57,352 nt of DNA from positions 1-57,352 of IMG/VR virus record IMGVR_UViG_3300030329_004815; one strand, given 5' to 3'. The DNA is from a virus (taxonomy: Duplodnaviria; Caudoviricetes). Below, one piece after another: positions 16,467 to 25,555 of the stretch (positions are counted from its first letter, which is position 1; every line of letters starts with the position of its first letter). The notes under the pieces were generated by a model. That model had not been told where the DNA came from. It saw only the letters and a list, made by a program, of their open reading frames with translations, and searched no databases. A program made the position numbers and the translations under genes.

Positions 16467-16988
16467 TTAATTTAAGGTCCAGTAGCCGTAAACGCATCTT
16501 TTTGAAACTCCAGCGATCTTGCCGTCTGCAAGAAGTTTTTCGCCCGGCCTCAAATCTCTGCGCTCGTTTGTGACGTAGTGCGTGTCCCTGCGCGGGTCAT
16601 GCGTGTCGCGAACTACTTGATCTACTACCGCTGTCAGGTGCTTGCTCACCTGAACAACGAGCCTGCCCTCTGGCAACTCGCCCTCAGCAAGATGCACCTT
16701 GCACCCAGAACCAACAAGCATCGTCGGAGTCCAAACGAAACCTAGCTCGCCCATGTAGTCTTTAAACCACTTGCGCTTGCAGTTGATTCCATTTCGCGCC
16801 GACCGCTTCCTTTTGCCGGTTCGCTTAGTGGCTCGCTGTTTAGCTGTCCCGTCAGCAAGACGGTCGTACACCTCCTTGTAATCAAGCCGAGCAGCAATGC
16901 AGATCGCTCTGCAAACGCAATCGCCAGCCTCTCCCTTGAAGCCAGCAGCCTTGCGACCACCATCGTCATACATGAATTTCATGGCCAT
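16467..16988 (-). CDS. Conserved phage protein, papain/C39-like Cys-His-Asp pattern
   Basis: DGGR..AGFKG.AGDCVCRAI...KHLTAVVD.VVRDTHD. Confidence 0.65.
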   Translation of the reverse strand: MAMKFMYDDGGRKAAGFKGEAGDCVCRAICIAARLDYKEVYDRLADGTAKQRATKRTGKRKRSARNGINCKRKWFKDYMGELGFVWTPTMLVGSGCKVHLAEGELPEGRLVVQVSKHLTAVVDQVVRDTHDPRRDTHYVTNERRDLRPGEKLLADGKIAGVSKRCVYGYWTLN

Positions 16989-17060
16989 CCTTTCGAGTTA
17001 AAGAAAGCCGGGTAGTTTGAATAGCCCCCGGTGGCTATGCCAGCGACTTGGGCCGGGCTT

Positions 17061-17396
17061 CTACTCGCCTGCTACTCGCTCAAATTCATTTGGGCGAAGC
17101 ATCTTAAAGCGGTGGCCAAACATTTCGCATATCTCCATGAGATCGCCGACACCTGCGTAGTTGACTTCCTTTTTAATTAGGTCAATCAAATGCTTGGTGC
17201 CAACGGTCGGCCTTACGACTGCGTGGATGATTGATTGATCATGCCACTTGGCAGCGTAATCGGTCTGGTACATTCGAAGTTTAACATGCGGCACGCCTTC
17301 GTGCATTTTCGCGTCTACCACTTCAAACGTTATCGCGTTCGGCAGTTCGTTCATGACCACCAGATCGCCGATTAAAACTTTTCCTTTGTAACTCAT
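17061..17396 (-). CDS. Hypothetical early protein
   Basis: AAGGA RBS within the intergenic repeat. Confidence 0.65.
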   Translation of the reverse strand: MSYKGKVLIGDLVVMNELPNAITFEVVDAKMHEGVPHVKLRMYQTDYAAKWHDQSIIHAVVRPTVGTKHLIDLIKKEVNYAGVGDLMEICEMFGHRFKMLRPNEFERVAGE

Positions 17397-17445
17397 AGCT
17401 TATCCTTTCAAGATAGAAATGGGGCGGTTGCCCACCCCCGAAAAA

Positions 17446-17685
17446 TCACTTCAGCCTTCGGTCATGCTTCTCGCACGAAGCCTGCGCGGGCTTGAGCTTG
17501 CGATGCTTTGACAGTATCACATACTTCTTGCCGCACCGCTTCATTGCGTAGAAGATAACCGGCAGCCTGTCCTTGCGACCGTACCGAATTTCAGACCTGA
17601 TCACTGTGTAGCACTCGCAAGCGCTGTTCCAGTGCGTCTGATCTGATACAGCCGTCCGGACCTTTTGTGGCTTTCGAAACACCAT
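17446..17685 (-). CDS. Basic hypothetical protein, first gene of the early array
   Basis: Start revised to the ATG at 17685 behind GAGGAGG. Confidence 0.6.
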   Translation of the reverse strand: MVFRKPQKVRTAVSDQTHWNSACECYTVIRSEIRYGRKDRLPVIFYAMKRCGKKYVILSKHRKLKPAQASCEKHDRRLK

Positions 17686-17717
17686 ACCTTCATCCTCCTC
17701 AGTTAAAGGGTAACGAA

Positions 17718-17736
17718 TTTCAAATTGCCAAAGAAC
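17718..17736 (-). promoter_or_regulatory. boxA-like antitermination element 2
   Basis: GTTCTTTGGCAATTTGAAA, preceded by a GC hairpin. Confidence 0.55.
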
Positions 17737-17784
17737 AATCCCCCCCCGGCCCCGCCGGGGTTGGCTGAGTAAGCGCCTAGCTGG

Positions 17785-17889
17785 CACTAACTCGTAGAGT
17801 TATTCGCTTGCGATAGTGAAATATTGGAAACATTATTTTTGTTTTATTTTCACTATTGCGTAAATACAAGCTGCCAAAGGACTTGCGAC
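17785..17889 (-). promoter_or_regulatory. Early promoter region, copy 2
   Basis: Colinear similarity with 15382-15484. Confidence 0.6.
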
Positions 17890-17983
17890 ACAAAACTTTT
17901 TTGAAACTCTTTTCGGCACGGCATTTGCACTATCGTCGCAATAGTGGTATGGCGTCAACCCAGCACTTGGCTACAATTTTGGC

Positions 17984-19405
17984 ATGGAAAAGCTTGAGAA
18001 GGAAATCGTTAAAGAGCTTTGCAGCCGGTCCCTTAGTTTCTTTATCAAGGAGGCTTGGCACATACTGGAGCCTAGCCAGCCGTACACACACGGCAAGCAT
18101 ATCGACCTGATGTGCGAACACCTTGAGGCGGTGACTCGCGGAGAGATTACCCGGCTGCTGATCAACATACCGCCCGGTTGCATGAAAAGCCTGCTGACCG
18201 GCGTGTTCTGGCCTATGTGGGAGTGGGGGCCAATGGGCCGCCCGGAAACCCGGATACTGTCTGTGGCCCACGAACAGTCCCTTGCCGTTCGTGACAACCT
18301 CAAGGCTCGGCGTCTGTTCACCTCCGATTGGTTCCAGTCAATGTGGCCCTGCGGACTGCAGGCGGACCAGAACCAAAAGCTGAACTTCCAGAACGAAAGG
18401 ACCGGGTACAGGCAGGCGTCCACGCGAGCGAGTATAACCGGGCGGAGGGGGGACAGGCTTATCATCGACGATCCCTTGAGTGTGTCTGACGCACGGTCAG
18501 AGCTAGACCGGAAGTCTTGTGCTGCGTTCTTCACGGAGACTGCACCCACACGTCTGACTAACCCGGACTCCTCGGCAATCGTGATGATTATGCAAAGGCT
18601 CCATGAAGAAGACCCATCAGCCTTGGCAATCGAGCTTGGATACGAACACCTATGCTTGCCCATGCGGTACGAAAAGGCCATGCACTGCAAAACATCCATC
18701 GGCGAAGACTGGCGCGAGAAGGAGGGCGATCTTTTGTTCCCAGATCGGTTCGATGCCAAGACGGTAGACGAGCTTGAAAAAGTCATGGGTCCGTATGCTA
18801 CAGCCGGCCAGCACCAACAGACGCCCGTGCCTCGCGGCGGGGGAATGTTCCGTGAGGAGTGGTTCCCGGTCCATGCTGGCCCACAGTGGCCAATCACAAG
18901 GCAGATAAGGTCTTGGGACATGGCAGCCACCGAAGGCGGCGGAGACTGGACGGTAGGCGTTCTAATCGGCGTGGAACAGGCTGGCCCGAATGATCCTAAA
19001 GACGGCAACTACTGGGTGCTGGATGTCATCCGGGGCCAGTGGGCCTCACACCAGCGAGATTCAATCATCCAAGCCACGGCAGAAATGGACGGCAGGAAAA
19101 CAGCAATCCACTTTGAGCAGGAACCCGGCTCCGCCGGAAAAAGCCTCATGGACTCCATGAAGCGGATGCTCACAGGCTGGCGCGTTACTTGCTGCAAGCC
19201 AACCGGAGCCAAAGAGGTCCGGGCTGAAGCAATGGCAACTCAAGCCGGTATCGGCAGGTTTCGACTCAAGGAAGGGGCTTGGAACCAAGAGTTTATCGAC
19301 GAAGCGAAAGTCTTCTACTTCGGCAAGCATGACGACCAGATTGACGCCTGCGCCAGCGGCTTTAACGAACTGGTACTCAAGCGGGCTAATTTCACAATCG
19401 CATAG
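17984..19405 (+). CDS. terL: Terminase large subunit
   Basis: LLINIPPGCMKS, TGRRGDRLIIDDP, MQRLHEED, SWDMA and HDDQIDA motifs. Confidence 0.95.
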   Translation: MEKLEKEIVKELCSRSLSFFIKEAWHILEPSQPYTHGKHIDLMCEHLEAVTRGEITRLLINIPPGCMKSLLTGVFWPMWEWGPMGRPETRILSVAHEQSLAVRDNLKARRLFTSDWFQSMWPCGLQADQNQKLNFQNERTGYRQASTRASITGRRGDRLIIDDPLSVSDARSELDRKSCAAFFTETAPTRLTNPDSSAIVMIMQRLHEEDPSALAIELGYEHLCLPMRYEKAMHCKTSIGEDWREKEGDLLFPDRFDAKTVDELEKVMGPYATAGQHQQTPVPRGGGMFREEWFPVHAGPQWPITRQIRSWDMAATEGGGDWTVGVLIGVEQAGPNDPKDGNYWVLDVIRGQWASHQRDSIIQATAEMDGRKTAIHFEQEPGSAGKSLMDSMKRMLTGWRVTCCKPTGAKEVRAEAMATQAGIGRFRLKEGAWNQEFIDEAKVFYFGKHDDQIDACASGFNELVLKRANFTIA

Positions 19406-19410
19406 GAGTT

Positions 19411-20154
19411 GTGATGAAACTAATGCAAGGAGACTGCCTAGAAAAGATGGGAGAGATTCCCGATGGGTCGGCAGACATGGTGCTAGCCGATCCTCCCTAC
19501 GGGACAACGGCCTGCAAGTGGGACAGCATCATACCATTGGAACCAATGTGGGAGCAGTTGAAGCGGGTTATCAAGCCAGCCGGCGCTATTGTTTTATTTG
19601 CCGGACAGCCCTTTTCGAGCGTGCTGGTGGCAAGCAATTTGGGAATGTTTCGATATAGGTGGATATGGCAAAAAGAACAGGGCGGGAATTTTCAACTAGC
19701 GAAATTGCAGCCGCTAAACACCGCTGAAGATATTTGCATTTTCTCAAAAGGGAAAACGGCCAATGGTAGCAAAAAGAACATGAAATATTTCCCCATAATG
19801 ACAAAAAGAGACAAGGCAGTTAAGAGCGGGGGCAATCCCTCCGTCTCGGACATACTGAACAAGAACTCAATGAAAGCGTTAAAAAAAACATACACTCATT
19901 CTTACCCAAAAAGCATCTTGAAATTTAACAAAGAGCATAGCAGCCGCCGGCTGCACCCCACCCAGAAACCCGTAGCTCTTATGGAGTACCTAATCAAGAC
20001 CTACACCAATGAAGGAGAGACGGTTTTAGACTTCTGCATGGGCAGTGGAACAACGGGAGTGGCTTGTGCAAATCTAGACAGAAACTTTATCGGAATTGAA
20101 CTCGACGAAAATTACTTTGAAATTGCAAGCAAAAGAATAAAGGAAGCGAAATGA
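19411..20154 (+). CDS. DNA N6A/N4C methyltransferase (beta class)
   Basis: DPPY, HPTQKP and VLDFCMGSGTTG motifs. Confidence 0.93.
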   Translation: MMKLMQGDCLEKMGEIPDGSADMVLADPPYGTTACKWDSIIPLEPMWEQLKRVIKPAGAIVLFAGQPFSSVLVASNLGMFRYRWIWQKEQGGNFQLAKLQPLNTAEDICIFSKGKTANGSKKNMKYFPIMTKRDKAVKSGGNPSVSDILNKNSMKALKKTYTHSYPKSILKFNKEHSSRRLHPTQKPVALMEYLIKTYTNEGETVLDFCMGSGTTGVACANLDRNFIGIELDENYFEIASKRIKEAK

Positions 20155-20552
20155 GAATTACAGCACTCCCCTCGGTAATCATCTGCATGGCAGTAATTAC
20201 CTCTTATGTCCCCGGCCTGATAAACAGGCCGCCAGAGATAAAAGAGCTTTACAAGGCAAGTCAGGCACTTCGGGCAAAAAGCGGTTGTCTGATAAAACAA
20301 GAGCTAGACCCGGAATTGTGCAAGATTGCTCAAAAATGGGCCGAACACATGGCTGCGAAAAACTGTATGTACCACGGCGGAGGCGAACAAATTATAGCAA
20401 GAGGCTACAAAACGCCTAAATCGGTGCTAAATGCTTGGGTTTGCTCTCCACCCCACAAAAAGTGGATTTTCTGCAACAAGAAGAAAGTCGGCTTCGGATA
20501 CGCAAAAAGCAAGTCAGGACACCCATACTGGGCCGGAGTCTATCGGAACTAG
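20151..20552 (+). CDS. Secreted CAP (SCP-like) domain protein
   Basis: Signal peptide; LCKIAQKWAEHMA...H...W..SPPH...VGFG...YW. Confidence 0.8.
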   Translation: MRITALPSVIICMAVITSYVPGLINRPPEIKELYKASQALRAKSGCLIKQELDPELCKIAQKWAEHMAAKNCMYHGGGEQIIARGYKTPKSVLNAWVCSPPHKKWIFCNKKKVGFGYAKSKSGHPYWAGVYRN

Positions 20553-20590
20553 CCCCCCTCTACATGTAATCATATGTTGCGCGTTTTGAC

Positions 20591-20752
20591 ATGAAATATC
20601 GAATCAACTACATCGACAATGATCGATACTTCGAAGGAGAGAAAACCCTGACGGTTGAAGCCGAAACCGAGATAGAGGCAATCAACTACCTGATACAATC
20701 AGACAACCGGAACGCATGGCAGATCATCAGTGTGGAAACAATAGCAGGTTAA
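20591..20752 (+). CDS. Small hypothetical protein (53 aa)
   Basis: Read manually: MKYRINYIDNDRYFEGEKTLTVEAETEIEAINYL... Confidence 0.55.
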   Translation: MKYRINYIDNDRYFEGEKTLTVEAETEIEAINYLIQSDNRNAWQIISVETIAG

Positions 20753-20786
20753 ACTTTAGTTCGAAAATTTTTTTGGAGATGGGAAA

Positions 20787-21056
20787 ATGAAGAACGCCAA
20801 ACTCGAAACCGAACTGCTGATGGCTATGGTCAAGTTCCGGGCCTATGAACTCCGTGAGATCGACGACCCGCGAATCGTCTTTAAGTCCATCGACGAAGCC
20901 ACCAAGACTATGCTCAAGCTGAAAATAGAAGGCGAACTCAGTGAAGCTGACCGGGAGGAAGCCGAAACCATCCTCAGAGATTGCGAGATCGAAACCACCA
21001 AGCTGGTTTTGTCCGATCCGGGGAGGGGAGTTGCTATCAAGATGATAGAGGACTGA
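20787..21056 (+). CDS. Hypothetical protein
   Basis: GGAG RBS; 89 aa, helical. Confidence 0.6.
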   Translation: MKNAKLETELLMAMVKFRAYELREIDDPRIVFKSIDEATKTMLKLKIEGELSEADREEAETILRDCEIETTKLVLSDPGRGVAIKMIED

Positions 21057-21059
21057 TTT

Positions 21060-21380
21060 TGGTCCGCGAAATTTCTCAGTGGCGATGGCCCTCCCCCCGC
21101 CTGCCGATCACCCCCCCACGGGGGGACGCCCCCCCTGCCACGTTGCCCCCCTTGGGGACCACGTTGCCGCCGGCCCTGCCGGGCTGCTGTCCGGGCTGCT
21201 GTCCGGGCTGGCTGTGACCCTGACCTCTATGGCCGAATTCATGCCGCTGGCAGGGTGCCACACCCCTCTCAGCGGTAATAGTGTGCAAATGTCCACCATA
21301 GTGGGCTTCTGTACACTAGCTGATCTGGCTGGCCCCTTGGCTCTCTGGCTGGCCCTAAGTCTATACAGGGCAAGTAGTTA
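21060..21380. other. GC-run-rich convergent intergenic region, candidate packaging (pac/cos) site
   Basis: C6-7 and G5-6 runs, CCACGTTGCC twice and CCGGGCTGCTGT tandem; lies directly after terS. Confidence 0.4.
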
Positions 21381-21382
21381 GG

Positions 21383-21823
21383 CTAATTGTCCGACCTCTG
21401 CCTGAGCATCATCAGGGCCTTGTCCAGAGCGGAGCTGTCCGCCTCTTGTATTTCGGCAGAATTAAATTTTTCCCCGCCGGTGGTGATGTCATAAGCCTCC
21501 GGTGCATAAAATCCGCAGTGCCTAGCCAGATTCTCCAGACATTTGACCACCACAGAATGCTGATTTCTGGCCCTTGCATCCTCCATTGTTTTCCTTAGCT
21601 CGGTAATGATAAATCTGCTGTCTATGTGACAATGCTTGGCTTTCTCTGCAAGCATCTCATCTATGTAAGCCTGAATGGCGGGTTTCTTGAGGTTTACTGA
21701 CCCCTGCACTTGGGCGGATGCCTCGCTATAGCCAGCCATCTTGGCCGCTCTGGTCGCGTTCATGTCGACCATATACTCCTCGCAGAATCTTCTCTGCTTT
21801 CTTGTTAAGTTTACTGGGGGCAT
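21383..21823 (-). CDS. terS: Terminase small subunit
   Basis: LTRKQRRFCEEYMVDMNATRAAKMAGYS...L..PAIQAYI (Terminase_2 pattern). Confidence 0.92.
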   Translation of the reverse strand: MPPVNLTRKQRRFCEEYMVDMNATRAAKMAGYSEASAQVQGSVNLKKPAIQAYIDEMLAEKAKHCHIDSRFIITELRKTMEDARARNQHSVVVKCLENLARHCGFYAPEAYDITTGGEKFNSAEIQEADSSALDKALMMLRQRSDN

Positions 21824-21955
21824 TTTGGCTCCTGATTATCGGCTGATATGGTTTTTTTGTTCTACCGGACCCACAAGCACGTGATCAAGCCCAGAATGGC
21901 CCAGATTGGCCCTAGAATGGCCTGTTATCACGTTGGCATCCACAGAGCCGGGGAA

Positions 21956-22090
21956 TTACTTAGCCCCATCCTTAGTCTCTTGTTTGCTTACAGGGGATTT
22001 CTTATCGGCTGATTTTTTGAAAATCCGATCCCATCCCTGCCGGTACTTTTTGCCGTCCTTAGCACGTGGCTTGTCACCCTTGCCAGCCAT
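21956..22090 (-). CDS. Small conserved phage protein
   Basis: MAGKGDKPR....KY..GWDRIF motif. Confidence 0.6.
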   Translation of the reverse strand: MAGKGDKPRAKDGKKYRQGWDRIFKKSADKKSPVSKQETKDGAK

Positions 22091-22424
22091 CCAACATTCC
22101 CCGCTTCTCACAATCCCATAAAAACAGGTCAATCTGGCAACCCTTGCAGGCCACCAAAGCCCGATAAGCACGTAACCTCTCTTTCTCAGAGTTTACCCCC
22201 TCCGGAAATAGCAGCAACAAGCCTCCCCGCCTGCCTGTCATCTCCCTGTAGAACACCGCCTGACCGACACCCTCTTTCCACTTGTGGCTCCAGTCGACCT
22301 CAAGCACGTGATCCTTGCTGATTATGTCGGGTCTTGTGCGGTCCCATAATCGGCCATCAAATTGGCTGCTCTTGAACATCGGCTCATTTGCCAAAATGAA
22401 CTCCGTCCACTCATTTTCATTCAT
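22074..22424 (-). CDS. PD-(D/E)xK-like nuclease-fold protein
   Basis: TRPDI.....LEVDW..KWKEGVGQA.FY...TG. Confidence 0.6.
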   Translation of the reverse strand: MNENEWTEFILANEPMFKSSQFDGRLWDRTRPDIISKDHVLEVDWSHKWKEGVGQAVFYREMTGRRGGLLLLFPEGVNSEKERLRAYRALVACKGCQIDLFLWDCEKRGMLDGWQG

Positions 22425-22480
22425 GCCAAAATCGCCAGCAGAGCCAGCACCAAAATGGAAAGCAAAAGGCCGTCAATCAC
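22421..22480 (-). CDS. Possible 19-aa membrane peptide
   Basis: GTG start, MIDGLLLSILVLALLAILA; its stop overlaps the next ATG (ATGA). Confidence 0.35.
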   Translation of the reverse strand: MIDGLLLSILVLALLAILA

Positions 22481-22491
22481 GTCGTCCGTTT

Positions 22492-22683
22492 TCACCGACC
22501 GAAACCACAGTAGTCGTGCATGTGTGTCGACCATTGGCTGGCAATTCGGCAAAGGACCGACTCCCTGTGAGCCGGCTGGCCGCAGGCCTCACAAGGGACA
22601 TCAACTTGCACGTGATGCAAACAAGCCAAAATCACTAGCGCCAAAATAACGGCTAAGCAAATCCGATTTACCACGTGATCCAC
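22492..22683 (-). CDS. Small membrane-anchored Cys/His protein
   Basis: N-terminal hydrophobic helix, CEAC...H..C. Confidence 0.45.
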   Translation of the reverse strand: MDHVVNRICLAVILALVILACLHHVQVDVPCEACGQPAHRESVLCRIASQWSTHMHDYCGFGR

Positions 22684-23675
22684 CTCAAGAAATTGGCCTG
22701 ACTCTGGTAGCCTTTCTTGCGCTTGTATTCCCAGCCCTCTGGCTTCTTCTGGTAGGCAACTATTGCAGGGACTGAAATATTGCCCGTGAAATACTTTCGG
22801 TAGATTTCCGGATTCTTGTCGACATCCACGTAAGCCACTAGGAAATCATCAAGTTTTCCTGATTTCATCAACGGCTCAAGAACATCTTGCTTCAGCTTCC
22901 TGCAAGGGGCGCACCAATTGGCGCCAAATACCACCACTAGCGGCTGTCCTGATTTCATCGCCACGTTGTAAGCCTTATCGAATTCTAGGAATTCAACACT
23001 GCCTGCTGATTTTGTATAAAGATCGGCATATCCGGCCTGCTTCAAAATCTGCTTGATTGACTCCAGCGATCCAGCACGTAAAGGCCAGCAAGATTTTGGC
23101 CCGCCCTCTGGCTCTTTCACCCAAACAGAGCCGCCGGACACAATGCCGACCAGCTCGCTCTGATCATTGTAAATCGGCCCGCCAGAATCCCCTTGGGTGC
23201 ATTCCGAATCACACCACCAAAAACCACGTGCATCATATCGACATTCGGCTTCATAATCCTTGTTGCCAAATACATAGAAGATGCCCTCCGGTTTCTGCTC
23301 TTTTGCAATCTTGGCAATTGGCAAATCATCCGGAACTTCACATTCCAGAACAGCAAGGTCAGAACTTGGGTCTTGCTTCAGGATTTTGACGTTCGTGATC
23401 TGGCTGCCATCAGAAAAAATAATGTTGAAGCTGACTGCCTCATCAATCACGTGATCGGCTGTCAAAATTAGATCATCACCGACAATCACACCGCGCCCGT
23501 ATCCGCCAGCGTAATAAGATGGCTTTTCACCCGGCTGGCAAATAAAACCAAGCTGGTTGATAGGAATGGAAAATTCGATTTTGACCGCCGCATCTCGGCG
23601 CTCGTCTGCCAAGCAGATCGCAGACAGTAGGAAGAAAAGACACGTGGTCACAAAAGCTGTTTTAAGTTTTTTCAT
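22668..23675 (-). CDS. Secreted trypsin-like serine protease fused to thioredoxin
   Basis: Signal peptide from MKKLK; LTADHV, DLAVL and GDSGGP catalytic triad; C-terminal WCAPC and cis-Pro SVP. Confidence 0.9.
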   Translation of the reverse strand: MKKLKTAFVTTCLFFLLSAICLADERRDAAVKIEFSIPINQLGFICQPGEKPSYYAGGYGRGVIVGDDLILTADHVIDEAVSFNIIFSDGSQITNVKILKQDPSSDLAVLECEVPDDLPIAKIAKEQKPEGIFYVFGNKDYEAECRYDARGFWWCDSECTQGDSGGPIYNDQSELVGIVSGGSVWVKEPEGGPKSCWPLRAGSLESIKQILKQAGYADLYTKSAGSVEFLEFDKAYNVAMKSGQPLVVVFGANWCAPCRKLKQDVLEPLMKSGKLDDFLVAYVDVDKNPEIYRKYFTGNISVPAIVAYQKKPEGWEYKRKKGYQSQANFLRWITW

Positions 23676-23742
23676 TGGGTGGCTCCAAAGGTTACGATAC
23701 GGAATGTTGTATCGGCCAATCACGCCCAATGTCGAGAGCAGT

Positions 23743-24429
23743 TTAGTTTGCCCTCAGCGCACCAATCGTTGCCTCAATCTTTTGCAGGTAATCAGGGACA
23801 TTATCGGTCGGCTCAATAAGATCGTTTAGGCCAGAAAAAAAATCTGACCAATCCACGTAAAGCCTGTCAATAGAAAGAAGCGCCCGCTTGCGAGCGCCTG
23901 AAACTGTCGTTTTGGCTTGCGGCAAATTGTAATTGTTATCCCTGCACTCCTTAACCGCCGCCGCATAATAGCTTGCCAGTACATCGGCTGTTTTTTTATC
24001 GTCCGGCTTATTCTCATACACCCATTCGTAAATTGAATTATCCGGATCGGTCTGCGGAGGTCCGCGCTCGCCTACGGTAATTGACATCCAAACCGGAGGG
24101 CTTCCCTCGGCACGTATGGAAATCCAGAACACCGATCCCGGCTGGCCAGCAACAAGAAACTTGCCCGGCTCAAATGGCTCAAGCACAGAAGGCGGAAATG
24201 GCTTTTCTTCGTCGTGTACTTCAATGTATTGAAGGTTCGCGTTTTTTGTGTCGACCACCACGCCGTAGCCAACCTGACCGGAATTGCCCTCCAGCATCAC
24301 CCGCACCTTGTCGCCATTCTTGACTACGGTTGCGGAGTCGGCTTCGTAAAATGTCACGGGTGTCGTTTCTACATTGTCCTCAACAAACAAGCAGCAAAGC
24401 GCTAGCAGCAGAATCATTCTTACACCCAT
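23743..24429 (-). CDS. Exported hypothetical protein
   Basis: Signal peptide (ILLLALCCLF), a beta domain, a Pro linker and a helical domain. Confidence 0.65.
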   Translation of the reverse strand: MGVRMILLLALCCLFVEDNVETTPVTFYEADSATVVKNGDKVRVMLEGNSGQVGYGVVVDTKNANLQYIEVHDEEKPFPPSVLEPFEPGKFLVAGQPGSVFWISIRAEGSPPVWMSITVGERGPPQTDPDNSIYEWVYENKPDDKKTADVLASYYAAAVKECRDNNYNLPQAKTTVSGARKRALLSIDRLYVDWSDFFSGLNDLIEPTDNVPDYLQKIEATIGALRAN

Positions 24430-25355
24430 TCTGGATCAATCAATGCGTCTAAAATTTTGTCAATAGATGGAACGCCGTGGCCGAATCTTGAGTCATGCCC
24501 CTCGTCGCCACGATCCTCCATGAAACCCTCTTGCAACATGAATTCAATCCAAGCGTTTCTGCCAATCAAATCCGGCTTGCCAATCATACGTCGTTTCTGA
24601 ATGACCAAGCAAAAAATGCCCGCCATAAAAGGAGTAGCCATTGAGGTGCCGGACATCGTTACCCAATGCCATGAACTTTTCAGGCCACAGGAAACAATGC
24701 TTTGGCCGGGCGTTGCTGCGTCCAGCGTTTTGCCTCCGCTGGAAAAACTAGCAATTGAGCCGTCCCGCTTTGTAGCACCCTGACACCATGCGTTGTCGTA
24801 ACTTGCATGTCTGCCGACAGTAGAGCCGCGCCCACTAAAACCTGCGTTTCCAGCCGCCGCAACACAGATAGAAGCGCCTTCACTGTAAGCCGTTTCTATA
24901 GCTTGGTAGGAATCACGTATAACAGGACCGCCGCCATCACCTAGCGATTCTGAAACAACATCGGCACCTTGTTTTGCGGCATGAATTCTACCCCGGTCAA
25001 TTCCGGTCGTTGACCCGCTGCCCCGGTCGCTTAAAACCTTCGTCCAGATTCCAACCGATCCGGGCGCTACCGATGTTGTAATTCCAAAGCAGTGGGTGCC
25101 ATGACCATTGCGGTCGTTCATGCCACCGCCGGCTGAATTAAAATGCTCGAAGTCAAACTCTTGATTTCCGAAGTAGCCGTGTTCTTCAAACACCCCGGTA
25201 TCGTTTATTGAAAACGTAACCCCTGTGCCATCGACCCCTGACTCGTGTACGGCTTTCAGCTTTAAGCTAATATGCCACATGGCGGGCAGTTCACCATCCG
25301 CCGCCGCTACGCTCGGCCCGACAAGTAAATCCGGCGGGAGGGATTGCTCGTTCAT
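24420..25355 (-). CDS. S8 subtilisin-like serine protease
   Basis: INDTG, HGTHC, AAAGN and SGTSMATP motifs. Confidence 0.93.
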   Translation of the reverse strand: MNEQSLPPDLLVGPSVAAADGELPAMWHISLKLKAVHESGVDGTGVTFSINDTGVFEEHGYFGNQEFDFEHFNSAGGGMNDRNGHGTHCFGITTSVAPGSVGIWTKVLSDRGSGSTTGIDRGRIHAAKQGADVVSESLGDGGGPVIRDSYQAIETAYSEGASICVAAAGNAGFSGRGSTVGRHASYDNAWCQGATKRDGSIASFSSGGKTLDAATPGQSIVSCGLKSSWHWVTMSGTSMATPFMAGIFCLVIQKRRMIGKPDLIGRNAWIEFMLQEGFMEDRGDEGHDSRFGHGVPSIDKILDALIDPEWV

Positions 25356-25555
25356 TTCACGCCGGTTGCCTTGCTGGACTTGTCAGCATCCCTTGCAAAG
25401 AACAGGCCGATGGCAAGCACGACGGCGCCGATTACTACGTTCCAGTCCGGCTGTGTTGCCACGTCGTTGTCTAAAAACTTTTGCACCTCTGCACCAACAA
25501 CAACAAGCGCGCCAATCAATCCCGAAAGAGTCGTTTTCCAATTCATTATTGCCAT
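25352..25555 (-). CDS. Holin-like two-TM protein
   Basis: NWKTTLSG..TM..TM-GLFFARD with a basic tail; 67 aa. Confidence 0.6.
   Translation of the reverse strand: MAIMNWKTTLSGLIGALVVVGAEVQKFLDNDVATQPDWNVVIGAVVLAIGLFFARDADKSSKATGVK

Larger units (their letters stand above)
13962..17440 (-). repeat. Dispersed intergenic hairpin + U-tract + RBS repeat
   Basis: GGG(C/T)GG-G(A/C)AA-CC(G/A)CCC hairpins at about 13984, 15508, 15961, 16445 and 17421, most followed by a T-rich tract and GAAAGGAT before an ATG. Confidence 0.8.

Noticed and set aside
13962-17440. Integron attC array
   Set aside because: No integron integrase, and no RYYYAAC/GTTRRRY boxes in the units.
17971-19008. 345-aa minus-strand ORF
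   Set aside because: Antisense shadow of terL with no motifs; the many other + strand ORFs opposite structural genes are treated the same way.
21076-21381. Short ORFs in the GC-rich island
   Set aside because: Low-complexity products, no RBS, and open on both strands simply because of high GC.
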